NCBI GenBank assembly: GCA_036746135.1
Contig: DAIOET010000002.1
Coordinates: 1 to 47,366, forward strand
Reading direction: 5' to 3'
Source: Cupriavidus sp.
Lineage (GTDB): Bacteria; Pseudomonadota; Gammaproteobacteria; Burkholderiales; Burkholderiaceae
DNA length: 47,366 nt
The notes beneath the pieces were generated by a model. The model was not told where the DNA came from and ran no database searches. It worked only from the letters and a program-made list of their open reading frames with translations. This document shows, piece after piece, positions 28,473 to 40,732 of this stretch (within the stretch, counting starts at the first letter, position 1; every line of letters starts with the position of its first letter). Position numbers and translations under genes: made by a program.

Positions 28473-29927
28473 TCATTCATCACCCGCCCGCGACGGCCGC
28501 AGCGTACGCCGCATCCAGAACGCAGACAGGCCCAGGAAGTAAGCGGCGGCAACCAGCGACTTCCAGTCGGGTTCGCCGCTGAACAGCAGTATCGAAGGCA
28601 GTGCCCAGGCGCAGAAGATCAGCAAGCGCCGGGCGTCATGCGTCACCATTGCCCGGAGTCCCACTCCCACCCGCGACATGAACAGCGTCAGCATTCCCAG
28701 ATAGGCAACGGCGCTCACTACCGAGAACACGGCAACGCTGGTGTCGGCCGGGACGCTGAATCCGTAGCACGCTGCCAGCGTGGCAAGACGAACCGCAAAG
28801 GTGCTGAACTGCGCGAACAGTTCCATCTTCTGCAGTTCCATCACATCGGGCAGGCAGGAAAGCGGCGAGAACTGGAACTGGAAATAGACCCAGGGTGCCA
28901 TCCAGCGCGCATAGTGGCCGGCCATGCGCCATCGTTCGCCGAACACGGCGGCGAACAGATCGGGCCCGGCGCAGACAAGCAGCACGAGCGCAGGGACGCC
29001 GGCATTGGCCAGCTTCCGGCGCAGCGCTTCGGCCACCTCGGGCAGGCGACCGGCGCGCAAGGCGGCGGGGGCCTGGGCAAAGAAGACACTGCCGATCGCC
29101 GCACCGATCAGTGAGATCGGCGCCGATACCATGCGCAGCGCGAAAGCAAAGTAGCCGACGACGGCAGCGCCAAACAACGCCGAGAAGATCAGCGGCACCA
29201 GGTGCACGCCCGCCACGTTGAATATGGCCGTCCAGGTGGAGTAAAGCGGAAAGTCCTTGTAGCGCCGCGCAAGCGCCACGATGCGGACCAGCTTCACATT
29301 GCCGCCCCCTCTGCGACGGATTTCCCTGATCGCATAGAGCAGTCCACCGGTGCCATGACCGATCACCGTTCCGCCCATCAAGGCCAGCACGCCGAAACTG
29401 TAGCCGCCCAGTTGCACCAGGTTTGCAATCACGGATCGCAGGAGTCTGGTTTGCGCGAGCTGGCCAAAGTACTGCATCCGGACCATCCACCGCTCGATCA
29501 CGGTGTAGAGACCGGTCGCGGCAACGCCGAAGGGGAGCAGCCAGAGCGCGTTGGCGCTGATCGACCAGTTCAGGGTCAGGATCAGTGAGTCACCGAAGAA
29601 CAGCACGCCGAGCGCGCAAAGCGCGCTGGTCCCCGCCACGCACAGCAGGCACAGGGCCACCAGATTCTCGGCGGCGCGATTGCTGGCGGGCAGCGCGATC
29701 GATAGGTCGTAGCGCAGGCACGCGACAACGCTGAAGAACGCGAGCAGGCCCGCGAAGACCGCCACGGCGCCAAAATCCTGCGGAGAATAAAGGCGCGTCA
29801 GAATCGGCGAAACCGCCAACGTAATGATCTGCGCGGCGGCCTGCCCGCTGACCAGCACGCCGATACTTCTGCCCGCGCGGGGTTTCTCCACCGTGCCGGC
29901 GTCCGCGGCGAGCGCTTGCTTGTTCAA
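28473..29927 (-). CDS. wzx: Wzx-type oligosaccharide flippase
   Basis: SPILTRLYSPQDFG, LRYDLSIALP and YKDFPLYS, multi-TM. TTG start overlapping the wbpE stop is assumed. Confidence 0.85.
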   Translation of the reverse strand: MNKQALAADAGTVEKPRAGRSIGVLVSGQAAAQIITLAVSPILTRLYSPQDFGAVAVFAGLLAFFSVVACLRYDLSIALPASNRAAENLVALCLLCVAGTSALCALGVLFFGDSLILTLNWSISANALWLLPFGVAATGLYTVIERWMVRMQYFGQLAQTRLLRSVIANLVQLGGYSFGVLALMGGTVIGHGTGGLLYAIREIRRRGGGNVKLVRIVALARRYKDFPLYSTWTAIFNVAGVHLVPLIFSALFGAAVVGYFAFALRMVSAPISLIGAAIGSVFFAQAPAALRAGRLPEVAEALRRKLANAGVPALVLLVCAGPDLFAAVFGERWRMAGHYARWMAPWVYFQFQFSPLSCLPDVMELQKMELFAQFSTFAVRLATLAACYGFSVPADTSVAVFSVVSAVAYLGMLTLFMSRVGVGLRAMVTHDARRLLIFCAWALPSILLFSGEPDWKSLVAAAYFLGLSAFWMRRTLRPSRAGDE

Positions 29928-31039
29928 GGCACCACTCGCTCTGGCTGGCACATGGCATGTTGGAGAATCACCGAACAGATTGCCTCCTGGCTTGCCATGT
30001 CGAGGTATGGATGCATCGGCAGACTCAACACCTCCCGCGCCAGCGCGTCACCGACCGGCAGGCAAGCCTGACTCGCGGCCACGGCGGGCTGCCGGTTCAG
30101 CGGCGACGGATAGTGCACGACCGTGGGAATTCCGGCGGCCTTCAGCACATCCTGCAACGCATCGCGATCCTGCACGCGGATGGTGTACTGCGCCCATACG
30201 CTGCGGTTGTACGATTCGACATGCGGTGTGGCCTCGAATCCCCCGTTGCGCAGCAGATCGCCGTACCGTGCCGCCACTTGCTGGCGCAGTTCGACTTCCT
30301 CGTCGAAGATCGTCAGCTTTGCCAGCAGGATGCCCGCCTGCAATGTATCCAGGCGGCTGTTCACGCCAATGCGGACGTGGTGGTAGCGCCGCTCCTGGCC
30401 ATGACGCGCGATCTGGCGCATCGCCTTGGCCAGATCCTCGTCGTTGGTGAAGATCGCTCCGCCGTCGCCGTAGCAGCCCAGTGGCTTGCTGGGAAAGAAG
30501 CTGGTGCAGGCAATCGTCGACAGATTGCAGCTACTGCGTCCCTTGTAGGTGGCGCCATAGCTCTGCGCGGCGTCCTCGATGACCGGCAAGCCGTGGCGTG
30601 TGGCAATTTCATTGATGGCGTCGAGATCGGCGCACTGTCCATACAGGCTGACCGGGATGATGGCCGCGGTGCAATCGGTGATCGCCGCTTCGAGCGCCAC
30701 TGGGTCGAGGTTGCAGGTGCGTGGGTCCACATCCGCATAGACTGGCTTCGCTCCGAGCAAGGCGACGGTCTCGGCGGTGGCGATATAGGTGAAGCCGGGC
30801 ATGATGACCTCATCGCCCGGTCCGATACCCAGCGCCATCAGCGCGATCTGCAGCGCGTCCGTGCCGTTGGCGCAACTGATGCAGTACAGCGCGCCGGTAT
30901 CGCTCGCAAGCCGCTGTTCAAGCTCGTCGATCTCCGGCCCGAGAATGTACTGACCATGCGCCAGCACGCGCTGAATGGCGGCGTCAATCTTGTGCTTGAT
31001 CCGGGCTTGCTGCGCTTTGAGGTCGATGAACTCGATCAT
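29924..31039 (-). CDS. wbpE: UDP-2-acetamido-2-deoxy-3-oxo-D-glucuronate aminotransferase (DegT family)
   Basis: MIEFIDLK.QQARIK..ID...GQYILGPE and TSFFPSKPLGCYGDGG closely match P. aeruginosa WbpE as I recall it. Confidence 0.93.
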   Translation of the reverse strand: MIEFIDLKAQQARIKHKIDAAIQRVLAHGQYILGPEIDELEQRLASDTGALYCISCANGTDALQIALMALGIGPGDEVIMPGFTYIATAETVALLGAKPVYADVDPRTCNLDPVALEAAITDCTAAIIPVSLYGQCADLDAINEIATRHGLPVIEDAAQSYGATYKGRSSCNLSTIACTSFFPSKPLGCYGDGGAIFTNDEDLAKAMRQIARHGQERRYHHVRIGVNSRLDTLQAGILLAKLTIFDEEVELRQQVAARYGDLLRNGGFEATPHVESYNRSVWAQYTIRVQDRDALQDVLKAAGIPTVVHYPSPLNRQPAVAASQACLPVGDALAREVLSLPMHPYLDMASQEAICSVILQHAMCQPERVVP

Positions 31040-31086
31040 GGCTGATTTCCTGTGCGGATGGCATGCGGAGAGGACTTGTCACTGCA

Positions 31087-31668
31087 TCAGGCTTCGACCT
31101 TGCGCAGTGTTGCGCCATCCAGGACGTAGCGCTGCCCGCTATTCGGACAGACGGCCTCGCCGCCGCCGCGCACCGGCAGGTCGAGCTGTTCGCCGTATTC
31201 GCTCATCCAGCCGATCTGCCGCGCGGGAACGCCGACCATCAGCGCATAGGCGGGCACGTCCTTGTTGACGACGGCGCCCGCGCCGACGAATGCATATTCG
31301 CCGATCACGACGCCGCAGACGATGGTGCAATTGGCACCCAGGCTCGCGCCCCGCTTCACCAGGGTGTCGCGGTACTCGTTCTTGCGTTCGATCAGCGAGC
31401 GAGGGTTGTAGACGTTGGTGAACACCATGCTGGGACCGCAGAAAACGCCGTCCTCCAGCGTGACGTTGTCGTAGACCGAAACGTTGTTCTGAATCTTGAC
31501 GTCGTCGCCGATGACGACGCGGTTGCCGATGAATACGTTCTGGCCGAGCGAGCAATGCTTGCCGATGCGCGCACCCGCGCAGACATGTACGAAATGCCAG
31601 ACGCGCGACCCTTCGCCAATCTGGGCGCCTTCGTCGACGATGGCCGATAACTCTTTATGGTTCGTCAT
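31087..31668 (-). CDS. wbpD: UDP-GlcNAc3NA N-acetyltransferase
   Basis: [19 protein letters not shown] and [34 protein letters not shown]; hexapeptide repeats. Confidence 0.93.
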   Translation of the reverse strand: MTNHKELSAIVDEGAQIGEGSRVWHFVHVCAGARIGKHCSLGQNVFIGNRVVIGDDVKIQNNVSVYDNVTLEDGVFCGPSMVFTNVYNPRSLIERKNEYRDTLVKRGASLGANCTIVCGVVIGEYAFVGAGAVVNKDVPAYALMVGVPARQIGWMSEYGEQLDLPVRGGGEAVCPNSGQRYVLDGATLRKVEA

Positions 31669-31675
31669 CACAGCC

Positions 31676-32644
<969 letters not shown>

Positions 32645-33961
32645 TCAGGCTTTGACAACGTTTGCGTACGACGCGCGGTACTTTCCGCGACTATCAATGA
32701 GGAGCTTCGCGTGCTGGCGGATCAGTAGATAGTCGAACGCATCGTGATCGGTGGCCAGCACCACGGCGTCGAAGCCGCAGAGCGATTCGCCGTCGAGCGG
32801 CTCGCTCGACAAATCGAACTGGTGCTCGCGCATTTTCGGAAACACCGGGACGTGCGGATCGCTGTACGCGACAATCGCGCCGCGTGCGCGAATCTGTTCC
32901 ATGATCTCGACGGACGGCGATTCGCGCATGTCATCGACGTTCTTCTTGTAGGCGATACCCAGCACCAGTACCTTGCAGCCTTTCAGTGCCTTGCCCTGCT
33001 GGTTCAGCCCTTCCACCAGCCGCGTGACCACGTACTCGGGCATGGCCTTGTTCACTTCGCCGGACAATTCGATGAAGCGGGTATGCAGGCCGTATTCGCG
33101 CGCTTTCCAGGTCAGGTAGAAGGGATCGATCGGGATGCAATGCCCACCCAGACCAGGCCCGGGATAGTAAGCGGTGAAACCGAATGGCTTGGTTGAGGCG
33201 GCGTCGACCACTTCGAAGATGTCGATACCCATCCGCGTGGCCACGATCTTCATTTCGTTGACCAGGCCGATGTTCACGGCACGGTGAATGTTCTCCAGCA
33301 GCTTGGTCATCTCGGCGGCCTTGGTCGAACTCACCGGCACCACGCGGTCGATCGCCACTTCGTACAGCGCCAGACCAACCTCGCGGCAGACCGGCGTCTG
33401 GCCACCGACGATCTTCGGAATGCTGCGCGTTTCGAATTTTCCGTTGCCCGGGTCTTCGCGCTCCGGCGAATAGACCAGGAAGATGTTGCTGCCTACCTCC
33501 AGCCCACCTTCCTGCATGCGCGGCAGCAGTTCCTCCTCGGTCGTGCCGGGGTAGGTCGTGCTTTCCAGCGACACCACCTGTCCGGCGCGCAGATACTTCT
33601 TGATCGCGTCCGCCGTATTGATGACGAAGCTCATGTCCGGTTCACGATGCTTGTTGAGCGGCGTCGGCACGCACAGGATGATGGCATCGCACTCGCTGGC
33701 ACGCTCGAAATCCGTAGTGGCCTCGAATCCGGTCTCGCGGGCACGGCCGATGCTGCTCGCGGGAATATGCTCGATGTAGCTCTGTCCGGCATTGAGTTTT
33801 GCAACCTTGCTCTCGTCGATGTCGATACCCAACACACGAAACCCGATTGCGCAGTAACGCAACATCAGCGGCAGCCCGACATAGCCCAGGCCGACGATGC
33901 CGATAATGGACTCCCTGTTCTTGATCCGTTCGATGAGGTCTTTAGCAATTGGGCTCGACAT
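32645..33961 (-). CDS. wbpA: UDP-GlcNAc 6-dehydrogenase
   Basis: [34 protein letters not shown] and [12 protein letters not shown]. Confidence 0.94.
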   Translation of the reverse strand: MSSPIAKDLIERIKNRESIIGIVGLGYVGLPLMLRYCAIGFRVLGIDIDESKVAKLNAGQSYIEHIPASSIGRARETGFEATTDFERASECDAIILCVPTPLNKHREPDMSFVINTADAIKKYLRAGQVVSLESTTYPGTTEEELLPRMQEGGLEVGSNIFLVYSPEREDPGNGKFETRSIPKIVGGQTPVCREVGLALYEVAIDRVVPVSSTKAAEMTKLLENIHRAVNIGLVNEMKIVATRMGIDIFEVVDAASTKPFGFTAYYPGPGLGGHCIPIDPFYLTWKAREYGLHTRFIELSGEVNKAMPEYVVTRLVEGLNQQGKALKGCKVLVLGIAYKKNVDDMRESPSVEIMEQIRARGAIVAYSDPHVPVFPKMREHQFDLSSEPLDGESLCGFDAVVLATDHDAFDYLLIRQHAKLLIDSRGKYRASYANVVKA

Positions 33962-34267
33962 GATGGAATCAGAAGTTTTGTGGTTGAACTCGATTGCGTC
34001 AGACTGACGTGCGAGGTGATAGCGCTGAACTAATCAGCCGTGCTTCGATTGTAGAAACTCCCTAACCTCTGTAGATGCAGGCATTGTTGCCACCCGCACA
34101 CAACGCTGCACTTTCCGCTGCGATCTTCCCGGTACTTGCAGCCGCATGCCGGAGAGTCATCAGGCTATCGATTCGCGTTGAAAAGAAGCATCGCCCGAAC
34201 GGGCATCGTCCATTCGATTGAGGACGCATCACGCCATCGCGCACGCGGTGCGCGATATGCGCGGCAA

Positions 34268-34283
34268 TGTGCGAAGCCGCACC
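34268..34283. promoter_or_regulatory. Palindrome TGTGCG-AAGC-CGCACC upstream of wbpA
   Basis: Perfect GTGCG-N4-CGCAC dyad in the 400-bp intergenic region before wbpA. Confidence 0.55.
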
Positions 34284-34361
34284 GATGCGGGCAAGAAGGC
34301 GTTCCCCGAACGCGATCGATGGGGATGTGGAGCTGCCGCGAATCCGTGCGTAAGCAATAGC

Positions 34362-35486
34362 TCAGGGATTGCGGAGCGAACGCAGGAACAGGTAGGTCAG
34401 CAGGATGCGTGAAGGGGTCTTCTGAATAAAGAAGTACGGCTGCTGTCTGGCGCCGAATGCTCTGAAGAAGCGTTCGACCGGTTCCAGCATCGATCCTTCG
34501 AAGTCGAACGAGCGCGCCACGGTCGATGCGAAACGGATCGCTTCCCACATGCACAGGCTTGCCGCGCCACTGGTGCGGAGCACTGGGTCCGAGCCTCCCA
34601 TCAGGTAATAGGCGACTTTCCCGTCCCAGACCAGATAGACGCCCGCATGACGACGGCCTTCCTTGTCCACGGCGATGAAAATCTTGCGCGCGCCGCGTGC
34701 CGCACACGCGGCGTCAAGGCGGCGCACATAGGCTTCCGTGTAGGGCTGCGCCATGCTTTGCCGCGAGAAGACCTGCTGGTTCAGCTTGATGAATTCGTCG
34801 ATACCAAGATCGTCACGAACCTGAAGGCCGTGACGCGAGCTGGCCTTGCGGATTTCGGCGCGGATGTTGGGCTGCATGCCGTTCCAGAGCGCGTCCGTGT
34901 CCGACAGGTCGTCGAGTACGTAGGTGTACTTGGTGGTCTGACGGAAGCCCTTCCAGCAAAAAGGCAGCCAGTTGGTCTGGCTGGGGTCCCAGTGCTGCTG
35001 GAAATGGTCGAACCGAGGGAGCTGCGCAATCAGTTCGTCCATCAGCTCCTTCTGCTGACCGAGCACTCTCGCCGGCTTGCCATCCATCGGTGCCAGCCAC
35101 GGTCCTGCCATTTTGGCCAGCGCCGGTTGGGCAATGACGAAAAAGCCGTACATGTGCCGGGGCGCGTAGGGCAGGCTTGCGACTATCTGTCCGCCGCGCT
35201 CGACCAGCGCGGCGCCCCAGTTGCCGGGACCGGCGGTGGCGTCCAGCCACCACGCCTGGCTAAAAAGCGGAATATTCGCGGCGGTATTGCAGTGCTGGTG
35301 GTAGCGGACTTGCGACGTGTCGCCCGCGACCTTCACCTCGGCGATCTCACTGACGGGAGTAGTGGCTGCGCTTGCCGCTGGGGCATGAAGTCCGGCGTGG
35401 TGGTCGGCATCCGCTTTACTGCTAGGGTCGGAAGTCGGCTGGACCACGTCGGTTGCGGCACTGGCAATCACATTCGCGCTGTTCAT
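34362..35486 (-). CDS. FemAB-like GNAT-fold acyl/aminoacyltransferase, copy 2 (Ala-rich N-terminal extension)
   Basis: Same motifs as 24783-25736. GGGAGG RBS before ATG 35486. Confidence 0.85.
   Translation of the reverse strand: MNSANVIASAATDVVQPTSDPSSKADADHHAGLHAPAASAATTPVSEIAEVKVAGDTSQVRYHQHCNTAANIPLFSQAWWLDATAGPGNWGAALVERGGQIVASLPYAPRHMYGFFVIAQPALAKMAGPWLAPMDGKPARVLGQQKELMDELIAQLPRFDHFQQHWDPSQTNWLPFCWKGFRQTTKYTYVLDDLSDTDALWNGMQPNIRAEIRKASSRHGLQVRDDLGIDEFIKLNQQVFSRQSMAQPYTEAYVRRLDAACAARGARKIFIAVDKEGRRHAGVYLVWDGKVAYYLMGGSDPVLRTSGAASLCMWEAIRFASTVARSFDFEGSMLEPVERFFRAFGARQQPYFFIQKTPSRILLTYLFLRSLRNP
34439..35078. repeat. Direct repeat copy B (within GNAT 2) of 24851-25490
   Basis: See copy A; same orientation, offset 9588. 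Confidence 0.85.
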
Positions 35487-35625
35487 CGATTCCTCCCATG
35501 CCGTTAGCCGGCTGATGCTTCCGTGGCGGCATGCTGCTCCGCCAGTTTGCCGACGCTGGCCAGGTAGGCGCACTCGAACGGTTCGATGCCGGCCTGATGT
35601 GGATCGGGCGCAAGGCTGGCAGCCT

Positions 35626-37638
35626 TCAGCCAGCCTCGCTCGGATTGGACAATGTCGCCGGCGGCAGGTCCACGCTGGTTTCCGTGGACGGATGCCGGTG
35701 CGGTGTCGTGCCGCGCAACTGCTGCGCGGGTGCCGCTACCCTGCGGGCAGGCGAATCCAGAGAGCTGTAAGGGGTGTATTCACTGACCAGGCCCTGTACT
35801 GCGATCTGGATCTCCAGCTCGTCGCGGGTGTCGCAGGCCGCGAACAGGCGATCTAGCTTCGCATGTAACTCCGCGGTTTCGAGGAACGGTTCGTTCGAGC
35901 ACAGGATGCGCTCGTGTCCACTCGGCGTTACCTCGCCACCGATCAGCAGTTCTTCAAACAGCTTCTCACCGGGGCGCAGACCCACCACCTTGATCTCGAT
36001 GTCGCCGGAAGGGTTCTTGCGAGTCTTTTCGACGAGCCCGGACATCTCGATCATCGTGCGGGCAAGATCGATGATGCGCACCGGCTGCCCCATATCCAGC
36101 ACGAAGACCTCTCCGCCTTTCGCCATCGCACCGGCCTGAATGACCAGCTGGGCGGCTTCCGGGATCAGCATGAAGAAGCGGATGACATCGGGATGCGTGA
36201 TGGTGATCGGCCCGCCCGCGCGGATCTGCTTGCGGAACAGCGGCACCACCGAGCCGGATGAACCGAGCACATTGCCGAAGCGCACCATCGAAAACGTCGT
36301 TCGCGTGTTCGGGCGGAATGCCGCGGCCTGGAAGGTGAGTTCGGCAATGCGCTTGCTGGCGCCCATCACGTTGGTTGGGCGCACCGCCTTGTCGGTGGAT
36401 ATCAGCACGCAGGTCTCAACACCAAAGTGATCCGCCAGATTGGCGATGGTCAGGGAGCCCAGCACATTGTTGCGAATGCCCTCTGGCATGTTCTGTTCGA
36501 CCAGCGGCACATGCTTGTAGGCGGCGGCGTGATAGATGGTGTCCACCCGCTGGCCGCGCAAGGCGGCTGACACGGCATCGGTGTCGCAAACGGAGCCGAT
36601 CAGCGCCGTGATCTGCAGGTCGGGGTGGCGTTGCCGCAGTTCCTGCTCGATCGCGTAGAGCGCGTATTCGGAGTGGTCGAACAGTATGAGGCGATTGGGC
36701 CCCTGCGTTGCCACCTGGCGGCACAGCTCGTTGCCGATGGAGCCACCCGCGCCGGTGACCATCACCGTCTTGCGTTGCGTGCATTTGGCGAACAGGTCTT
36801 CACGCGGCGGGACGATGTCGCGGCCCAGCAGGTCTTCCACCCGGATGTCCCGGATCGAGTGTACGGTGATCTTGCGGTCCACGAGTTCGAGCAGCGTGGG
36901 CAGCGTGCGCACGCTGACCGAGTAGCGGTGCAGCTTGTCGACGATCTGGCGGCGGCGTTCCACCGGCAGGCTTGGAACGGCCAGCACGACTTCATTGATC
37001 GCGTGCAGCCGGATCTGCTCACGCATCTGGTTGCTGTGATAGACGCGCAGGTCGGCAAAGACCTTACCGTCGAGCGTGAAGTCATCGTCAAAGAAACAGA
37101 CCGCCTTGTGGCCCATGCTGGCGCGCATGGCAATGGCTAGCTGAAAACCGGCCTCGCCGGCGCCGAAGATGCCCACGCGCGAAGCGGTGGGCCCGGGCTG
37201 CGCTTTCCGGAATTGCTGCGAGCGTGTCAGCAACGCGCGTGCGACAAAGCGCGAGATCACGACATAGGCAAATGCGATGAACCAGTAGATCAGCAGACCG
37301 GTACGGGGCAGCCTGTCGAGATGCACTAGGAACGAGAGCGCGTAGGTAAGGCCGACCAGGCAGGCCAGGCTGGCGCCGGTCGTCCACAGGACTTTCAGGT
37401 CAAAGTACCGGATGACTGTCCGGTACAGCCCGCTCATCGAGAAGACGGGAATCGTACAGACAGCAATGATCAGCGGGGGCGTAATGCCGTACTGCGCGAG
37501 CAGTTCGAAGTTGCCGGCACGCAGAAACAGCGCGAAGGCGAAACACAGCGGCAATGCGAACAGGTCCGCCGTCACCATGAGCGCGGTTTTGCGGCGTCTT
37601 GGCAGAGCCATCAGCCAGTGCGAGAACCATTTGATCAT
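35626..37638 (-). CDS. Membrane-bound UDP-GlcNAc 4,6-dehydratase (PglF/WbpM/CapD family)
   Basis: N-terminal TMs, VTGAGGSIG, HAAAYKHVP, ISTDKAVRPTNVMGASK, VRFGNVLGSSGSV and RPGEKLFEEL. Confidence 0.93.
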   Translation of the reverse strand: MIKWFSHWLMALPRRRKTALMVTADLFALPLCFAFALFLRAGNFELLAQYGITPPLIIAVCTIPVFSMSGLYRTVIRYFDLKVLWTTGASLACLVGLTYALSFLVHLDRLPRTGLLIYWFIAFAYVVISRFVARALLTRSQQFRKAQPGPTASRVGIFGAGEAGFQLAIAMRASMGHKAVCFFDDDFTLDGKVFADLRVYHSNQMREQIRLHAINEVVLAVPSLPVERRRQIVDKLHRYSVSVRTLPTLLELVDRKITVHSIRDIRVEDLLGRDIVPPREDLFAKCTQRKTVMVTGAGGSIGNELCRQVATQGPNRLILFDHSEYALYAIEQELRQRHPDLQITALIGSVCDTDAVSAALRGQRVDTIYHAAAYKHVPLVEQNMPEGIRNNVLGSLTIANLADHFGVETCVLISTDKAVRPTNVMGASKRIAELTFQAAAFRPNTRTTFSMVRFGNVLGSSGSVVPLFRKQIRAGGPITITHPDVIRFFMLIPEAAQLVIQAGAMAKGGEVFVLDMGQPVRIIDLARTMIEMSGLVEKTRKNPSGDIEIKVVGLRPGEKLFEELLIGGEVTPSGHERILCSNEPFLETAELHAKLDRLFAACDTRDELEIQIAVQGLVSEYTPYSSLDSPARRVAAPAQQLRGTTPHRHPSTETSVDLPPATLSNPSEAG

Positions 37639-38143
37639 TTGCCGCTACCTCCACTCGCTGAGGCGGGCCAAGATTCGGCGACTACCCGACTGGCATCCGA
37701 ATACCCTGGGGAACAAAAATCGCTGCGCACGGTTCTGCATTGCTCGAAGGCTTTTCTTTTCGTTCTATGGAAAGGGCCACTGGCTGGTGGCCCGCAAGGT
37801 CATGCTTTCTAGTCACGGCTCCCGATTTTTCTTGCACGCCATCAGCGCGACGAGATCCGTCGACGCAAGGCCCGATTGAAGCAATTATTGTTGTTGCCTC
37901 GGTACTTGCAACACAGCTACGTGTGTTCGCGTACGTAGCGGCGGCGCGAAGAGAATTCACGCGCCACCGCCGCTCCATCTCAACTGAGTGGTCTAGGCCA
38001 CATGGCGGCCTTCACTTGCCGATGCGAGTTTGATTAGATGGAGGCATTCCGCAGGACCCGGTGTGTCGCGTCGCGTGCGGAATCGGGCGGGCCATGACCC
38101 GCCCGATTTGCAGCACTTACCCTGACAACGATTGCCGAGGCAG

Positions 38144-39388
38144 ATGACCATGCTGGATACCGGATTCTCTCCCTGGCCGAGCTTCTCTGCCGATGAGGCA
38201 GCGGCCGTGCAAAAGGTCTTGCTCTCCAACCGGGTGAACTACTGGACTGGCTCGGAATGCCGGGCGTTCGAGAAGGAGTTCGCCGCGTGGGTTGGCGCGG
38301 CGCATGCGGTTTCACTGGCAAACGGGACGCTCGCGCTCGATGTCGCGCTGAAGGCCCTGGGCATCGGACCGGGCGACGAAGTCGTGGTGACGCCACGCAC
38401 CTTCATCGCAAGCATTTCAAGCGTGGTGAACGCGGGGGCTACGCCGGTATTCGCGGACGTCGATCTTGCGAACGGGAATCTTTCCGCGGCCACCATACGC
38501 AAGGTCCTGACGCCAAGCACGCGCGCGATTCTGTGCGTGCACCTTGCCGGCATACCTTGCGACATGGACCCGATCATGGTCCTGGCGGAGGAGCACGGAA
38601 TCAAGGTGATCGAGGACTGTGCCCAGGCGCATGGCGCACGTTACAAGGGGCGTTCGGTCGGCACGATCGGAGACATCGGCGCATGGTCCTTCTGCCAGGA
38701 CAAGATCATGACCACCGGCGGTGAGGGCGGCATGGTGACGACCAACTCGAAAGAGCTCTGGTCTCGCATGTGGTCGTACAAGGATCACGGAAAAAGCTGG
38801 GAGGCCGTTTATGAGCGGCAACATGCCCCGGGCTTCCGATGGCTGCATGAATCGTTCGGTACAAACTGGCGCATGCTGGAAATGCAGGCGGCCATCGGCC
38901 GGATACAGCTTGCGCGCATGGAGCAATGGACGGCGCGGCGCACGGCCAATGCGGAGGTCATCGCCGACGCGCTTGGCGCATGCGCCGCAGTGCGCCTGCC
39001 GTCTTGTCCGGCACATTCACAACCGGCCTGGTACAAGTTCTACGCATTCATCCGCCCGGGATTGCTCAACGATGGCTGGAGCCGCGATCGCATCGTGGCG
39101 GAGATCCAGGCGCAGGGCGTGCCATGCTATCCGGGCGGCTGCTCCGAGGTCTATCGTGAGAAGGCATTCGACGGCACTGGCTGGCGCCCGATGCGGCGTT
39201 TGCCCAATGCGAAGTTGCTGGGTGAAGCCAGTCTGATGTTCCTGGTGCACCCCACCCTTAGCGATGCGGAGGTCAGCGAGACAGGGCGCGTCGCCGCGGA
39301 GGTCATCACACGTGCCACCTCCCGTGCGCCCGTCCGTGCCGCCGCAGGCGTCTCCCTGACCGCGGGCCTGATGAGTGGGGATGCATGA
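38144..39388 (+). CDS. DegT-family sugar 4-aminotransferase (PglE-like, bacillosamine pathway)
   Basis: SNRVNYWTG, NGTLAL, EDCAQAHGA and WSFCQDKIMTTGGEGGM. Divergent from the PglF-like gene. Confidence 0.88.
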   Translation: MTMLDTGFSPWPSFSADEAAAVQKVLLSNRVNYWTGSECRAFEKEFAAWVGAAHAVSLANGTLALDVALKALGIGPGDEVVVTPRTFIASISSVVNAGATPVFADVDLANGNLSAATIRKVLTPSTRAILCVHLAGIPCDMDPIMVLAEEHGIKVIEDCAQAHGARYKGRSVGTIGDIGAWSFCQDKIMTTGGEGGMVTTNSKELWSRMWSYKDHGKSWEAVYERQHAPGFRWLHESFGTNWRMLEMQAAIGRIQLARMEQWTARRTANAEVIADALGACAAVRLPSCPAHSQPAWYKFYAFIRPGLLNDGWSRDRIVAEIQAQGVPCYPGGCSEVYREKAFDGTGWRPMRRLPNAKLLGEASLMFLVHPTLSDAEVSETGRVAAEVITRATSRAPVRAAAGVSLTAGLMSGDA

Positions 39389-39618
39389 CGACGATGGCGT
39401 CGTTGGAATCGCAGCTCTTTTTCGGGGAAGCAGGGGAGGGCGATGGCGATGGCAGTGGTCATTGGTATTGTCCTTGTCCGTACCGGACACCGGACTCAAA
39501 CGTATAGCTGGCTGGCTTGCTTCGGCGCGATTCGATGGGGACGCGGCGAAGGCAATGTGCGCCTGGCGTCAATGAAGGCGGCTGCGCCTGAATGCGCGAT
39601 TCTCATCGGCGATATCTG

Positions 39619-40671
39619 ATGGAAATCTCCATTCTTGATACGTCCAGCGCCCGATGGAACGCCGTGCTCGGATGCTGCCGGCATGATTGCTGCCACACGC
39701 CCGGCTGGCTGCGCGCCGCTGAGTATGGCGACCGAGGCAAGGCATACGCCGTGCATGCGACTGACGGCAACGCACATCTGCTGGTGCCTTTCATACGACG
39801 GGAGCTGCCGGGAGGCGACTGGGATGCGGTCTCGCCCTATGGCTACGGCGGCCCCGTTGTCAGCGACGGCACATCGAGAGCCTTCACGGACGCAGCCCTG
39901 AGCAAGGCCGTCGACGTCCTGCGCGAAGCGGGCTGCGTGTCATGGTTCATTCGCCTTCATCCGCTCATCAACGCCGGCTGGGAGAGTTCGGTCGGCGCCG
40001 TCATCGAGCAAGGCCCGATTGTCACGATCGATCTGACCAAGACCGAGGCGGAGCACTGGCATGAGACCGCGCATAGTCATCGCTGCGGCATCGTCAAGGC
40101 CAAGCGGGCCGGTGTGGGCGTAAGGGTCGACACCAGCCTCGAAGCCATGATCAGGTTTATCGAACTCTACAACCAGTCGATGAGCCGCCTGCATGCGCTG
40201 GAGTACTACTACTTCGACGAGCGGTACTACATGACGCTCTGGCAGGAACTCGGTACCGACGTGCAGCTGTTCGTGGCGGAAGAGGAAGGACAGATCATCG
40301 GTGCGGGGCTGCTATCGGTTGCGCGGGCGATGGGTATCCTGCAGAGCCACCTGTTCGGCGCCGATACACGGTTTCTCCATCGCCAGCCGCAGAAGCTGCT
40401 GATCCACGCGCAGCGCGCATGGGGCCGCGAGCACGGTCATAAGCGGTTGATTCTGGGCGGAGGACGGACGTGCAACGGGCAGGCGGAGGATTCGCTATTC
40501 AGTTTCAAGCACCGGTTCTCGCCCGACATCCACGTCTTCAAGACGCAGCGGCTGATCGTCAACCCTCAACGGTATGCGGCGCTTTGCGGCTGCGGCAGAG
40601 CCGACGAAACACCGAGTGGTCTGGACGGATATTTTCCGGCGTACCGACGTCAGGAGGTCGCTTTGAAATGA
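39619..40671 (+). CDS. FemAB-like GNAT-fold protein, third type
   Basis: DAVSPYGYGGP, FIRLHP, IDLT, YYYFDERYY and LILGGG...DSLFSFK. Start could be 39592. Confidence 0.8.
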   Translation: MEISILDTSSARWNAVLGCCRHDCCHTPGWLRAAEYGDRGKAYAVHATDGNAHLLVPFIRRELPGGDWDAVSPYGYGGPVVSDGTSRAFTDAALSKAVDVLREAGCVSWFIRLHPLINAGWESSVGAVIEQGPIVTIDLTKTEAEHWHETAHSHRCGIVKAKRAGVGVRVDTSLEAMIRFIELYNQSMSRLHALEYYYFDERYYMTLWQELGTDVQLFVAEEEGQIIGAGLLSVARAMGILQSHLFGADTRFLHRQPQKLLIHAQRAWGREHGHKRLILGGGRTCNGQAEDSLFSFKHRFSPDIHVFKTQRLIVNPQRYAALCGCGRADETPSGLDGYFPAYRRQEVALK

Positions 40672-40691
40672 CGCTGGCATCGTTGCCATCA

Positions 40692-40724
40692 CCGCGCCGG
40701 CCCGTCAGAGCGGGCGCGGCGCGG
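40692..40724. terminator. GC-rich hairpin between convergent GNAT3 and luxR-type gene
   Basis: CCGCGCCG-GCCCG, loop TCAGAG, then CGGGC-g-CGGCGCGG. Confidence 0.45.
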
Positions 40725-40732
40725 CGAAGCGT

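Noticed and set aside
39475..39489. Palindrome TGTCCG-TAC-CGGACA before GNAT3
   Set aside because: The spacer is 3 bp rather than 4, so it was not counted among the CRP-geometry sites; it could be a simple hairpin.
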